Shown piece by piece: positions 1 to 13,800 of a stretch of 64,000 bases of DNA. Source of the stretch: Malacoraja senta (taxonomy: Eukaryota); the NCBI GenBank assembly GCA_038087875.1, contig CM075993.1, positions 248,001-312,000 on the forward strand. Reading direction: 5' to 3'. A program made the translations under genes and the position numbers. The stretch's first letter is position 1. Each line of letters begins with the position of its first letter. The notes below the pieces were generated by a model. It searched no databases, was not told the DNA's origin, and saw nothing but the letters and a program-made list of their open reading frames with translations.

Positions 1-164
1 GCATTTTTGTGTACCTTTGAACCTGATCATGATGCTCCCCTCCTGCAGCACTTCCAGAGTCCTACAGAGGGAGCGGCCTTGGCAAACCCTGCACAGCAGT
101 GCATTGTCACCATGCACTTGTGGTGAAGTCGCAGAAACGTACAAACTGCAGTGGGCTTTTCACC

Positions 165-427
165 CTCAGGCCCTTCTGCCCACTGAGTCCACGCTGACCA
201 GCGATCACCCCGTACACTAACACTATCCTACACACTAGGGACAATCTACAGAATCTAATTAACCTACAAACTTGCACGTCTTTGGGATGTGGGAGGAAAC
301 TGGAGCACCTGGAGAAAACCCACATGGTCACAGGGAGAACGTATAAACTCTCTACAGATAGCACTCGTAATCAGGATTGAACCTGGGTCTCTGGAGTTGA
401 GAGGCAGCAACTCTACCGCTATGCCAC
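165..427 (-). mobile_element. tRNA-derived SINE
   Basis: Reverse complement of the same family as 3925-4226, 24252-24483 and 61173-61460; tRNA-like head. Confidence 0.7.
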
Positions 428-530
428 ATGCCCTCCACCGCTACATCCCCTCCACCTGTGCCTCATGCTACCCCAGGAATAAACATGGACTATCCACATC
501 TTGCTCATTCCCCTCTCCTGTTGGGAAAAA

Positions 531-1330
531 GATTCAAGATTCAAGCGAGTTTATTGTCATGTGTCCCAGAAAGGACAATGAAATTTTGCTTTGCTTCAGC
601 ACAACAGAATATTGTAGGCATAAATAAATACAGAACAGATCAGTGTGACCATATACCATTGAATATATATATATACACACATAAATAAGCAGATAAAGTG
701 CAATGGGCTATTAATGTTCAGAGTTTTGTTTGAGTTGAGTTTAATAGCCTGATGGCTGTGGGGAAGCAACTATTCCTGAACCTGGATGTTGCAGATTGCT
801 CCTGTACCTTCTCCCTGAAGGCAGCGGGGAGATGAGTGAGTGGCCAGGATGGTGTGGGTCCTTGATGATGCTGGCAGCCTTTTTGAGGCAGTGACTGAGA
901 TAGATCCCCTCAATGGTAGGGAGGTCAGAGCCGATGATGGACTGGGCAGAGTTAACAACTTTTTGCAGTCTTTTCCACTCCTGGGTACTCAAGTTGCCGA
1001 ACCAAGCCACGATGCAACGGTCAGCATGCTCTCTACTGTGCACCTGTAAAAGTTCGAGAGAGTCCTCTTTGACATACCGACTCACTGTAATCTTCTCAGA
1101 AGTAGAGGTGCTTATGTGCTTCCTTTATAATTGCATCAGTTCTCGGACCAGGAGAGATCTTCAGAGATATGAACGTCCAGGAATTTGAAGCTCTTGACCT
1201 TCTCCACCATCGACCCGTTGATATAAACGGGACTGTGGGTCCCCATCCTATCCCTTCCAAAGTCCACAATCATTTCCTTGGTTTTACTGGTGTTGAGAGC
1301 CAGGTTATTGTGCTGGCACCATTTGGAAAC
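531..1330 (-). mobile_element. Non-LTR retrotransposon 3' fragment (Rex-Babar/L2-like RT C-terminus)
   Basis: Minus ORFs LNTSKTKEMIVDF...[14 protein letters not shown] and CIVAWFGN...[24 protein letters not shown]; TTCAAG tail repeats; second copy at 5821-6540. Confidence 0.8.
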
Positions 1331-1638
1331 AAAAGATACAAAAGCTGGAAACCATGTTACACTAGGTTGAGGAACAGCGTATTCAGTGCTGTTATCAGAC
1401 TCCTGAATGGTCCTCTCATACACGAGGGATAAATCCTCGATCTTCCAATCTACCTTGCTGCGGCTCTTGCACATTTTCCTGCACTTTCTCTGTAGATGTG
1501 TCACTACATTGTGGACCTTGCTTATTTTCTCACTTTGCATTACCTGACATACTTGCGTACTGTAAGTTTTGACAGGATAACATGTTGGTCCACACCTTGC
1601 TACAGGTGACAATAATAAACCACTAATCCTTCACTCAG

Positions 1639-1889
1639 ATCCTCATGTCAGAGCAAGCAAGCTGCGGCAGAAGGTGAAGGTGTGGATGCAGGAGTACTGG
1701 AACGTCACTGACATGGTGGCCATCAGCATCTTCAGCTGCGGCCTGTTGCTGCGGCTCCAGCAGGAACCCTACATGAGCTACGGACGGGTCATCTACTGCG
1801 TGGACATCATCATCTGGTACATCCGTGTGCTGGACATCTTCGGGGTCAACAAGTACCTGGGACCATACGTGATGATGATCGGCAAGATG
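1639..1889 (+). CDS. TRPM1: TRPM1 exon (ILMSE...[12 protein letters not shown]...[10 protein letters not shown]), apparent 1-nt deletion near 1654-1658
   Basis: cag|ATCCTCATG acceptor and ATG|gtgagt donor; ORF 1674-2024 matches TRPM1 S3-S4. Confidence 0.9.
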
Positions 1890-4800
1890 GTGAGTGGGTG
1901 GCAGCCCGGCCCCTCGGCCCCCGCGTCCAGCCCCTGCATCCGTCCCCCGGCTCAGGATCCGTCTGCAGCTTGCTGCTGCTCTGCCTTCTGTGTGAGAGCG
2001 GACTGTTGGAAGGGCTGCGATTGAACGTGCAGCTGGGCAAAGGAATAAAATATTCTCACCCACACCTGGAACCCAGTCTTAAGGTGGTATCTACCTTCGG
2101 GATGTGCCTTGGACACACACCCCCCCGGGAGTGTTGATAGCAATGGAATGTAGGGAGGCCCAGTGGTGACTGGCACTCTCCTCATGGAGCCAGCACAAAG
2201 ACAGAGGCAATGGGCTGTCTCCCCCCTCCCCCACCCCCTACTCCCCCATCCCTGGCCACCCCTTCGCCCCTGCCCCTTCGCCCCCTGCCCCTTTGCCCCT
2301 GCCCCCTTCCCCTTCAACCCCCCACCATTGCCCCCCACTACATCTACACCATGACGAAACATGGAACTGTAACTGTATGGCCGTCCCCCTCTGCACCACA
2401 ACTGCCCTATTCCTAGTTCCTCAGATCAAGTCCCACATCCTCATTTCGGATCTGTTTTGTGGTCCTGTTCTGTCCACTATTTTTGGGTCACGTCATGCGG
2501 TCCCCACCACCGTCCTCAGGCACCAGACTGTTGCTATGCCACTTGTTTCCCTCCAGCACTTGTCAGCTTCTCTGTTCAACACCTCTGTGCTTGGTCTCTC
2601 CTTCCTTAAAATGCCTCTGAAACTCTGGCCTGGGTCGGATTCTGTCCCTTTTCCCATTCATGTATCCCATTTATTGCCTCGTTGTACCAATTGGTGGATG
2701 TGACAATAAATGTAACTTGAACTTGAACCTTAAAATAAGATAAATCACCTTCATCATCTTCTTAAAAGACTCAATCAAATTTGTAAGACATAACCTGCCC
2801 ATGTCAAATCCATGCTGACTGTCCCTAATTAGCCATTCTCATCCAAATCTGTCCCTATTTAGCCATTCTCATCCAAATCACGTCTGAAGAAGGGTTTCGG
2901 CCCGAAACGTTACCTATTTCCTTCGCTCCATAGATGCTGCTGCACCCCGCTGAGTTTCTCCAGCATTTTTGTGTACCTACCAGTCAATGCTATTCTGAAG
3001 AATACTCTCCAACAGTTTCCCTAACACAGAAGTGAGGCTCACCAGCCTACAATTTTCTTGATTATCCCTATTTCTCTTCTTAAACAAAGGAACACGTTGT
3101 CCACACCCCAGTCCTGTGGTCAGGGAGGATGCAAAGATCTTCATCAAAGCCCTGGCAGTCTCCACTCTTGTTCCTCTCAATAATCTTGGTTAGATCTAAC
3201 CAGGCCCCAGGGATTTATCCACCTTCGTGCTCTTCAGGATCCCCAACCTCATGCATCACAAACTGCCCTAGTATATTAGTCCACCCCACACTGATCTCAC
3301 TGGCCTTCATGTTCCTCTCTTGGTAAATACTGACACAAAGTACTTGTTTAGTACCTCGCCCACACCAAGCAATGATCCCCTTCATTACCTTTGAGTAGTC
3401 CTACCCACTGCCTAGTTACCATCTGCTTCTCTTTAATCCACCCTTCTGGTCCTCTTCATTCCCTGCTTGAGCTGTTTCCTGCTTTCAACAGCCCTGTTTG
3501 ATGTAATCTTCCTAAACCTTACATCTGGTTCTTTTTGTCATTTTGTCCATATTTCCACCCTCTTTGGTCATCCATGATTCCCTTCCCCTATCGTCGCTCC
3601 TGCTTACCGAAACATGCCAGTCCTGAGCTCTGATCAGCTGCTCCCATGGTGTGGCTTGTGAGGCATGGGGGTGGTAGACTCCTGTGTCAGAACAAGCAAG
3701 GAAGCAGTACATGGTGGCTTCTTGTTTTCTTATGTTCAAAATAAACTCTGATGGGTTGACTGGCCACATAATAGGAGAAGTGAGAACTCTAGGGAAAGTT
3801 CTAGAAATACTCAGGGGACGGTGCAGAATGTGCTAGTCACTCTTCAGCTCAAGCTGGCAGATCTGTCTTTAATTAAATATACAATAAACACAGGTAAAAT
3901 CCAGAAGAGACGCAGAAAATATCTTTAGACTTTAGAGATACAGTGCAGAAACAGGCCCTTCGGCCCACCGAGTCTGCGCTGACCAGTGACCACCCCATGC
4001 ACTAGCACTATCCTGCACACTAGGGACAATTTTACAATGTTACCAAAGCCAATTAACCCACAAACCAATACATCTTTGGAATGTGGGAGGGAACCGGAGC
4101 ACCCGGAGAAAATCCACGTGGTCACAGGAAGAACATAAAACTCTGTATAGACAGCACCCATAGTCAGGATCGAACCTGGGTCTCTGGCGCTGTAAGGCAG
4201 CAACTCTACCGCTGCGCCATCGTGCCATCTCTGAAATTAAACATGGTTGAACAAGGAAATTCACTGCCTAATATTAAACAACAGTTTCCTGAAGAAATTT
4301 TATGAATACGATTTTAATTCCATAAATTGAACAGGAATAGTTGTTCCATCTGGGCCTACTTAAACTGGACCTGCTTTGCATTTTAGATGAAAAGGCCCTT
4401 TGAAGGATCCATGTGTTGTTTTTCTCCGCTCTGCACATGGAAATAGATTCATTGAAAGACTTTGATTGTACATTATCAATAGAACTTCACTGTCTCATGT
4501 TACAAAGCATCTCACTAGTTTTCAGAAATGCTGTGGAGCCCATGGGACAAATGCCGTGTGACTTGATGTCAATGAATCTGAACTCACACTTGCCCCGTGA
4601 CGTTTGTTTTTTAAAATATTTTTATTTTATTAGAAGTAAGTACAATTGTATACAATCATATTTTCATAATACATTTTATGTACAGCTTTTTTTTTATAAT
4701 AAAGAAGAAAAAGAAAAAGAAATTAGATAATGAGGTATAGAAAAATGTGAGATATATAGTGTGTGGAAAAGAAAAATAGAAAGTGAAAGACCTTTGTAAC

Positions 4801-7800
4801 CTGCTGTGGATTATCTTGCCTCTATTCCACTCCATTGTCCATTCTGCAACGTTTTGTGTGTGTCGGGCTAAAATCATCTGCAGGAATACGTGATGTGTTG
4901 GAAGGAGCTGCAGATGCTAGTGACCACTGGATTACTCCAGTATTTAGTGTCTATCTTGACTGTGTGATGGTCATGCTGGACATGACTCTGGGTTGGATAA
5001 AGAGCCTCTAACATGGGTGGAAGGATGAGCCCTCAGTACTTGATGTGTGTGTTACATGATGGACTGTGTATGTGACCTCTGCAGATGGTGGACATGCTGT
5101 ACTTTGTAGTCATTATGCTGGTGGTGCTGATGAGCTTTGGAGTATCGAGACAGGCCATTCTGCATCCCAACGAGGAGCCCTCCTGGAGATTAGCCCGCAA
5201 CATTTTCTACATGCCCTATTGGATGATCTACGGAGAGGTGTTTGCCGATCAGATTGACCGTAAGAGTAGAATCCATAGTAAGATTCTGCTTCCTGTCTCT
5301 CGGCTAGATGATTGGTTTTAACATAGCTGCAACTTGCCCCACTTTACTGCTTCATTTTATCTCTGTAGCATACAGGGCTGCCCCATCCCCTGAAGAAGGG
5401 TCTCAACCCAAAACCTCATCCATCCCTTCTCTCCCGCTGAGTTACTCCAGCATTTTGTGTCCATCTCCTGTACCCTCCTCTTCTTTACCAGAGCGTAGCT
5501 GAGCTACCGTCCCTGTGGTCGGATTGCCTCCTAGTAATCGATCCAAATTATTCAACTGTAAACTCTATTACTTCCTAATTTGTTCTTAGACTCAGCTGAT
5601 AGTCACAGAGGGAACATGGGGAACAGCAGGTAGATTGGGAACAGGGCCCACATCAAATCTAACACCCTGGCTAGGTGTCCTAAGTCACTACAGTTTACAA
5701 AATGACCTGGCTTGACAAAAGACATTCAGACTGGTGCATGGATAGCAAAGGCTTTGAGGGAAATGGGCCAAAGGCGGGCAGATGGGACCAGTGTAGATGG
5801 GGCATGTTGGTCGGCATGAGCAAGTTCAAGTTCAAGTGCAAGTGAGTTTATTGTCATGTGTCCCTGATAGGACAATGAAATTATTGCTTTGCTTCAGCAC
5901 AACAGAACATAAAAGGCATTGACTACAAAAACAGATCAGTGTGTCCATATATCATTATATAAATATATACACACATGAATAAATAAACTGATAAAGTGCA
6001 AATAACAGATAATGGGCTATTAATGTTCATAGTTTTGTCCGAGCCAAGTTTAATAGCCTGATGGCTGTGGGGAAGTAGCTATTCCTGAACCTGGTCGTTG
6101 CAGTCTTCAGGCTCCTGTACCTTCTACCTGAAGGTAGCAGGGAGATGAGTGTGTGGCCAGGATGGTGTGGGTTCTTGATGATACTGCCAGCCTTTTTGAG
6201 GCAGCGACTGCGATAGATCCCCTCGATGGAAGGGAGGTCAGAGCCGATGATGGACTGGGCAGTGTTTACTACTCTTTGTAGTCTTTTCCTCTCCAGGGCG
6301 CTCAAGTTGCCGAACCAAGCCACGATGCAACTGGTCAGCATGCTCTCTACCGTAATCTTCTCAGGAAGTAGAGGCGCTGATGTGCTTTCTTAATAGTAGC
6401 ATGTGTTCTCAGACCAGGAAAGATCTTCAGAGATGTGCACGCCCAGGAATTTAAAGCTCTTGACCCTTTCAACTATCGACCCATTGATATAAACGAGACT
6501 GTGGGTCCCCATCCTACTCCTTCCAAAGTCCACAATCAGTTGGGCCAGAGGGCCTGTTTCCATGCTTTATGACTCTCACTGAGTTATCAAATCAAATCAA
6601 TGTGTGAAGATTTGTGAAATAATTGGTTATTGAGATGATTTTATCAGCTTTGAGACAGTCCAACGCCGAGAAATTAACTCCCCATAAGCAGGAATGTAAA
6701 CATGTTGGAGCTTCAGGTGGTTATAGGGTGCAACATTGGTTGTCAGCGGAGCATCACTCAGAGAAGGGGCATCACAAAGCCTGTTTTAAGAAAGTCTCTT
6801 TATCAGAAATTGTGGAGTTTGAAATTGAGGTAAGTTGATGAAGATGTTGATGTTATGACGGATCATTGAAACATTCCTCCAATGTTAGACCACGCAACTG
6901 AATTGGTGCTAGCAAAGCCATGATTGGGCACCTCTGTCATTCAGGGGGGTCCAGTGTGCACTGGTGTGGACAGAGGGCGTTCCAGTGAGCACTGGCGGGG
7001 AGGGGGTCCCAGAGTGTGCTCTGGCGAGAGGGGGGGGTTCCTGTGATCACTGGCGGGGAGGGAGGGGGTCCCAGTGTGTGCTCTGGCAAGAGGGGGGGTT
7101 CCAGTGAGCACTGGCGGGGACAGAGGGCGTTCCAGTGAGCACCGGCGGGGAAGCGGGAGGGTCGTGCACTGGCGAGAGGGGGGGGTTCCTGTGATCACTG
7201 GCGGGAGGGAGGGGGTCCCAGTGTGTGCTCTGGCAAGAGCGGGGGGGGGGGAGGGGGGTTTCCAATGAGCGCTGGCTCTGATTCTGGACCTTCTGGCCAC
7301 ATTGGCATGAAATCGCTGCCTCATTCACAGTGGTGGCCTTGAGCTATTATCGTGTTCAGTTAGTTTGGTAAAACATTCTCCTTCATACGTGCGGTGACTT
7401 GCTATTATTGATGTTGTTTCTTTCATTTCTGCTGTTCCTTCAATGAATCGCACCAGTCTACGCCATGGAGATTAATCGTAAGTGCCGCTGGGCGTGGGGA
7501 GTGGGTGCTGTATGGGTGTGATCAAATGCTGGGTTTGTGGTCTGTTCTGGTCAAGAACCTGTTGAGTTGAGTCTGATCCTCAGGAGCGGGGCCTGAGTCT
7601 AGGCTGACCCTTATTAATGACACCGTTTCATTTCTTGTGTTTACATTGTGGCTCAGACTGCTGTGAGATTTGATACAATGGGTGCGGTCTGGACAGGGCA
7701 GCACAGTGGCCGAGCCCTACACTCTGCAACACCCCTTGTTCTATGTATATTTGCCCCCTCTCCTCCACCCAGCTTGACGACCATCCTCAAACTCGAGTTG

Positions 7801-10800
7801 GAGATCACTGGTTTATTGTCACATGTACAGAGGTACAGTGAAAGTAATTTTTGTGCACAGTTCAGTACGTATCACTATACATAGCACATAGATACATCTT
7901 AGATAAGCATCTCAGATACACTACAAGTGTACAGCAGGCGTACACTGAGACAGTGTACAGAGTCACCGGTTAGGTGCCATTACCAAGTCCCAGTTGTAAG
8001 TGCAGGGATCTGGACCTGATCATGAAGGTCTGTTGTCATGGTGACATTGCATGGTCGGCCTGGCCAAGCGTAGCCGTGGTGTCCTCCGCCGCTGAAGGCC
8101 GCGTGCGGTCCACATGCTCAGCCTCTTGGAGCGGCGCCCAATCCAGCCGAGCCCCCGGCTGCGGCAGGGCCTCCAGCGGCCCACTCCCCTGTCGAGGCTG
8201 TGCACTCCCTCCCACAGCCGGTCTGCTCACCGGCCCTCCGTCCCACCCCCTCCTCCCTGGGCGGGTCATGGTTGGCATTAATGCGGGCAGTTTGTTTCTG
8301 TAGCTCCGTGCGGGGAGAACCTGTTTGATGACGATGGGAAGCGGATGCCTCCCTGCATCCCTGGGGCCTGGATGATTCCCGCCATCATGGCCTGTTACCT
8401 CCTCGTCGCCAACATCCTGCTCGTCAACCTTCTCATCGCTGTCTTTAAGTAAGAGATGAGTAATCTTCATCTTTAAAACTGAATAATGAATAGTTCAAAA
8501 GGTGAGATTTTAATGAGGCGCATGTGGCTAACATTCGCCTGGACAAGGTGGAATAGCATCCGTACACTTTGGTATTGCTGCCACAGACAATAACAAGACC
8601 ACATCGACAGGGAGCTGTGGGAGCTCTGCACAGAGAGGATGGGGGCCACTACAGCACTGACAAATGATGTGGAAGGTTCAGACAGACAATCAGTTTGGGT
8701 GAAAGTCAGAACTATCCAGAGTAAGAAGCCAGGATGGGAGGTGTTTATTTGCTCCTGAGATAACTGTACTGTAATACAGGTAAAGCAGGAAATAAGCAGG
8801 GTTCTAAGGCAGGTACAATAGTCACAGGTGATCATATAGCCTAGACAAACAAACTTGGCAAAGGTAGCGAGGATGTGTTGACAGAGTGTATTCAGGATGT
8901 TCTTTAGCATTGTGCATCTAGGGTCTAACCAGAGATGTGGTGTTGTAATGTAAATAGCTCGTTCTAAGCTTCCCCCCGAATCTAGTTTCAATCAAAAACC
9001 ACTTGCACAACTAATCTTTATTTTGACAAAACACAATTACAGTTCAATCACTATACCTAACCACCGCAGGTTCGATCCTCGTATCTGCCTGATAAAGCCC
9101 TCTAGGCCTCGCTCAAACAGAGACACTCCAGAAGGTCACACAGTCCTAAGTGCTCTCCCAGAAGATCGACACTGGACCTCGTGGTAGCGGACTTTTATAG
9201 GTCCCCCGACCTTGAGGGGCCGAACCACATGGGGGTGGTCTCTTTATAATTCAATTACAGATATCGATTAACCCCATACATAACAGACATTTCCCTAACC
9301 CAATAACACAGTGGCTAATACATTGTATTCAAACGGGGTTTTTAGAGGAAGCGAACCTTGCAACATTTACCCTGATTTGCAAGAAAACCAGACAAGCCTC
9401 AATACCTCATCCAATTAACATTCAGTAACATAAAGCTTTGCAACATTATTTACAATGTGTATGTCTGGTTTGCATCCAATCCATTCTATGCATTTTGCAC
9501 CTAATTGACAGTCTGCAAATGTTCTTATTTTCCTGCAGCTTGGATCTGGGCTCGAGACAAACTGGCACCACTCTGCAGCTTGTCCCAGTTCCACAGAGAG
9601 CACTTTCAAATTGACCCAATCTCCCAGCAGCCCTGAAGCCTTTACCCCATTTTAAAGTCCTAGCCTCTCCAATCTGGCCAGGATTAACAGTAATGGGGCA
9701 TGTAATAAGGCCTTGTAATGGGGGTTGTGATGGGGGGTTGTAATGAGGCCTTGTGTATTAAACCCTGTGATTGAGTTGTCATGGCATGCTAGGATTTCAG
9801 TTTCAAATTGCAGGTATGAAGCTTGACTCTGTGATGAGGATCGTGAACATTAATAAGACAGTTCCAGGTAAACAAAATGGTGAAGAGACCAGATGGCAGT
9901 CTTGCCTACATCAGACGAGGGAATGGGACATGATGTTACAGTTGTACAGTTCGTTGTAACGCCGTTAATGACTGGAGGCACACAGTAGGTGCTAGCCTGA
10001 CATCAGTAATTGGAGAAATGCGGGGACCTATTATTAAGGAGATAATAACAGGATGTTTAGAAAATTGTAAGAGAATCAATCAGATGCAGCCTGGGGAATA
10101 GGAAAGGGAAATCATGTTTGACAAATTTGCAGGAGTTCTTTGACAATGTAACAAACACGTTGTGTCAAGGACAGCGGCAGATGTAAGGTATTTGCGTAAT
10201 AGAATATGTTTGTTAAAGTGCCACATAAAAGATTACAAGAGGAACATAGTGGTGGGTGTGAGGATGGGGTGGGGGGATGGGGACATGGGGTGGGTGTAAG
10301 GATGGGGTGGGGGCATGGAGGTGGGTGTAAGGATGGGGTGGGGGCATGGGGGTGGGTGTAAGGATGGGGTGGGGGCACAGGGGTGGGTGTAAGGATGGGG
10401 TATGGGGGTGGGTGTAAGGATGGGACGGGGTGGGGGTGGAGCGATGGGGTGGGGGCATGGGGGTGGGTGTAAGGATGGGGTGGGTGTAAGGATGGGGTGG
10501 AGCGATGGGGGTGGTGGCACGGGGGTGGGTGTAAGGATGGGATGGGTGTAAGGATGGGGTGGGGGCACGGTGATGGGGCACGGGGGTGGGGGCATGGGGT
10601 GGGGTCTGACAGAAAACACAATTGGGCTAGGGAGTTATCTTCAACTGACAGCCAATAACCAGGGGATGCCACATGGATCAGCGTGGGCTTCAGTAATTGG
10701 CAATCCATGTTAATGACTCAAGTGAAGGGACTGAGTGTGTAAACATACTGTTTTAAATTGTAAATTCAGCTCCTGTATGGTTCTTAAACTCTGAGATAGA

Positions 10801-13800
10801 CGACAGGAACTGACAGCACAGGAATGTGACCTTTGGCCCACAATGTTTGTGCTGAACATGATGCCAAGTTGACATCTCATCGGCCTGTACATGATCCATA
10901 TCCCTCTGTTTCCTGCACTTCCATGTGCCTATCTAAAAGCCTCTTAAATATCACCATTATATCTACCTCCACCACCACCCCTGGCAACACGTTCCAGCAC
11001 ACACCACACTGTGTATAAAAAAACGGCCTCAAACATTCCGCCTCTCATCTTATGGCTGTGCCCTCTAGCATTTGACATTTCCACCCCGAGAAAAAGGTAA
11101 AACGGTTCTGACTGTCTACCCTATCTCTGTCTCTCATCGTCTCTCAACCTGCGGTGTTCCAGAGAAAACAACCCAAATCTATCCAACCCCTCCCTGTAGC
11201 TGAAACCCTCTGATAGCTGATGTTTTGGGTCAGGACTCTTCTTCAGACCGAAATGTCACCTATCCATGTTCTCCAGAAATGCTGCCTGATCCGCTGAGTT
11301 ACTCCACACTTTGGTTCTTGGTTTCTTGGTGTACTTTTGTGTATTAACCAACATCTGATGTTTCTACATCAAGTATAAAAGTTGGGAAGTCATATTGCAT
11401 CAATTTAAGGAACTATACATGATTCCTATTGGTGATTTACCTGCAAGCTTTCCCCACTCATCCATCAGTACTCCAGTAGTCTTGCTCCCGCTCCTCTCTC
11501 TGCCCTCACTAAGGTTTACTATCACCCTTCCTTACACAGCATCTGTGCAACTATAGAGCTGCTTCCCGTTCCCACCACTGTCCCAGTGCTGCCGAGATTT
11601 CTATGAGATTCCTCCATGTCGGTCCCAGGCTGACATCTGCTTTACTTTCTTTACAGCAACACTTTCCTGGAGGTGATTTCCATCTCTAACCAGGTGTGGA
11701 AATTCCAGCGTTACCAGCTGATCCTTACCTTCCACGAGAGGCCCGTGTTCCCTCCACCGATCATTGTCTTCAGTTACCTGTCCATGATTCTCCGCAGCTG
11801 CTACCGCAGGAAGACCCAGAAGGTGGAGGAACGAGATCGCGGGCTAAGTGTGTGCACCTTTGGACTCATGGACATTGTGCCCATCAACCTGTGACCCTAC
11901 GAACCCTCTCTCCGCCGAGCTGCCCACACAGTCCCCTCTTGCTCTCTGCATCTCCCTCATCAGTTTCCACCACCAGACAGAACAAGCTGAGGCAGGGTTG
12001 GTTGCTTCACATTGTGGTTGATCTTCCCCACCGCGCGGTTGCCCTGGTCTGTACGTTCGGTTACTGCTCTCCTCGACAGAAAGTTCTAAACATTCACTGC
12101 TGAATGTAGACGTTTCCCTTCATTTCTGTCCAGACATGCTGCCCTTATATTTAATGACTGTGACCCCTGTGTCTAGACCCCCCCCCCCCCGACAGGGGAA
12201 ACACCAACTCCACAGGTACTCTGTATTCCATGGCTCCCACCAATACCCTGCCTCCACACTGACCCATTGCTACCCCTCTCTACATCCAGACAAAACCCGC
12301 CACTCCCCTTCTGCCACGTCCCAGCAATGTAGTCATGGTTACCGCACATTTGGACGTTGATAATTACATCCATTTTAAATGGCCACGTGCTGAATGTTTG
12401 AACTATATTCATCTCCTTCCTTGTGACAGAACTGATCCTCAGTGAGGAGGAATTGAAGAAACTGCATGAGTTTGAGGAGCAGCGTGTGGAGCAATACTTC
12501 ACACAGAAGGAGGGGCAGGAACAGTCATCAAACCATGAGCGGATCCGGATCACTGCTGAGAGGTGACCTGGTTGGCACAGTCTGTGGGACTGACCCGTCC
12601 TTCTCCCCACTGCCCCTCCCCACTGGCCTCTGACCCTTTACACTGCCCAGTGTCTGTGGGACTGACCCCTGTCCCTCCCCACTGACCTCTGCCCCTCCCC
12701 ACTGCCCACTGACCCGTCCCTTTACACTACCTCATGTCCCTGTGATAAATGCCCCCTGTTCCTTTACACTGCCCACTGACCCATCCCCACTGCCCAGTCT
12801 CCTGCTTTAGCATAAATAGGCAGTGGCCGGATTTAGTATCTGTTTTGATCGTGGGATCTAGATCAAAGGTCAATGTGAACGTATCATCTCCTGACTAACA
12901 CATCTTTTGAGGTTGGCAGAAAACTTGGGTCACATTGCGCTGTGGACACACATGTTGGGCACTTCTAAGACAACATGGCCTTACGGACACCAATATTACA
13001 ACATTGGCCTTGCATCTTCCACTGACCTTGCGTTCCTTCACAACCCCCAGTCTCCTCCCCATGAAGAGACTGGGTCTGATTCAGCCTGCCATTCTCCTGC
13101 TGGTTCCACTTGCACACAGTGCCAGTCTTACCCTTAGCCCTAGTCCCCATCACACCTCACACCCCCAGTCACAGTGTCCTTCAGGTTCGCCACCAAATCC
13201 TGGGCTCTCGTGTCCCCACCATTCCCCTACTGCAGCAGTCAATCGACAATAGGTGCAGGAGTAGGCCATTCGGCACTTCGAGCCAGCACCGCCATTCAAT
13301 GTGATCATGGCTGATCATCCACAATCAGTCCTTTGGCAGGTGGAGTCTGAAATGGATCTGGGCATTGCTGCATTTGTGTCCCATTCATTTACACTATTGT
13401 TCCCTGACTAGAGGGAGAAATGAGTTATGTTGGGGAACAGGAGCAGTGCAATGAATATAAGTTGTAGACAGACATGTTCCCTCTCACAAAGGAGTATGAA
13501 TAATAAGACTTCAGCTCGGGGCTGGATCGCGATTACTCTGATGAGCTTTCCCTTCACCTTGTAACCTTGTAGGGTGGAGAACATGGCGATGCGTTTGGAG
13601 GAGGTGAATGAGAGGGAGCACTTCATGAAGGCCTCTCTCCAGACGGTGGACCTTCGTCTGGCCCAGCTGGAGGAGTACAGCTGCCGCATGGTCAATGCGA
13701 TGGAGAAGTTGGCGGGCATTGACGAGTCGGATCTGGCCCAAAGCTACTCACGGTGCCCCTCAGAATGTGAGGCCTCCTACCTCATCAGGCAGAACAGCAC

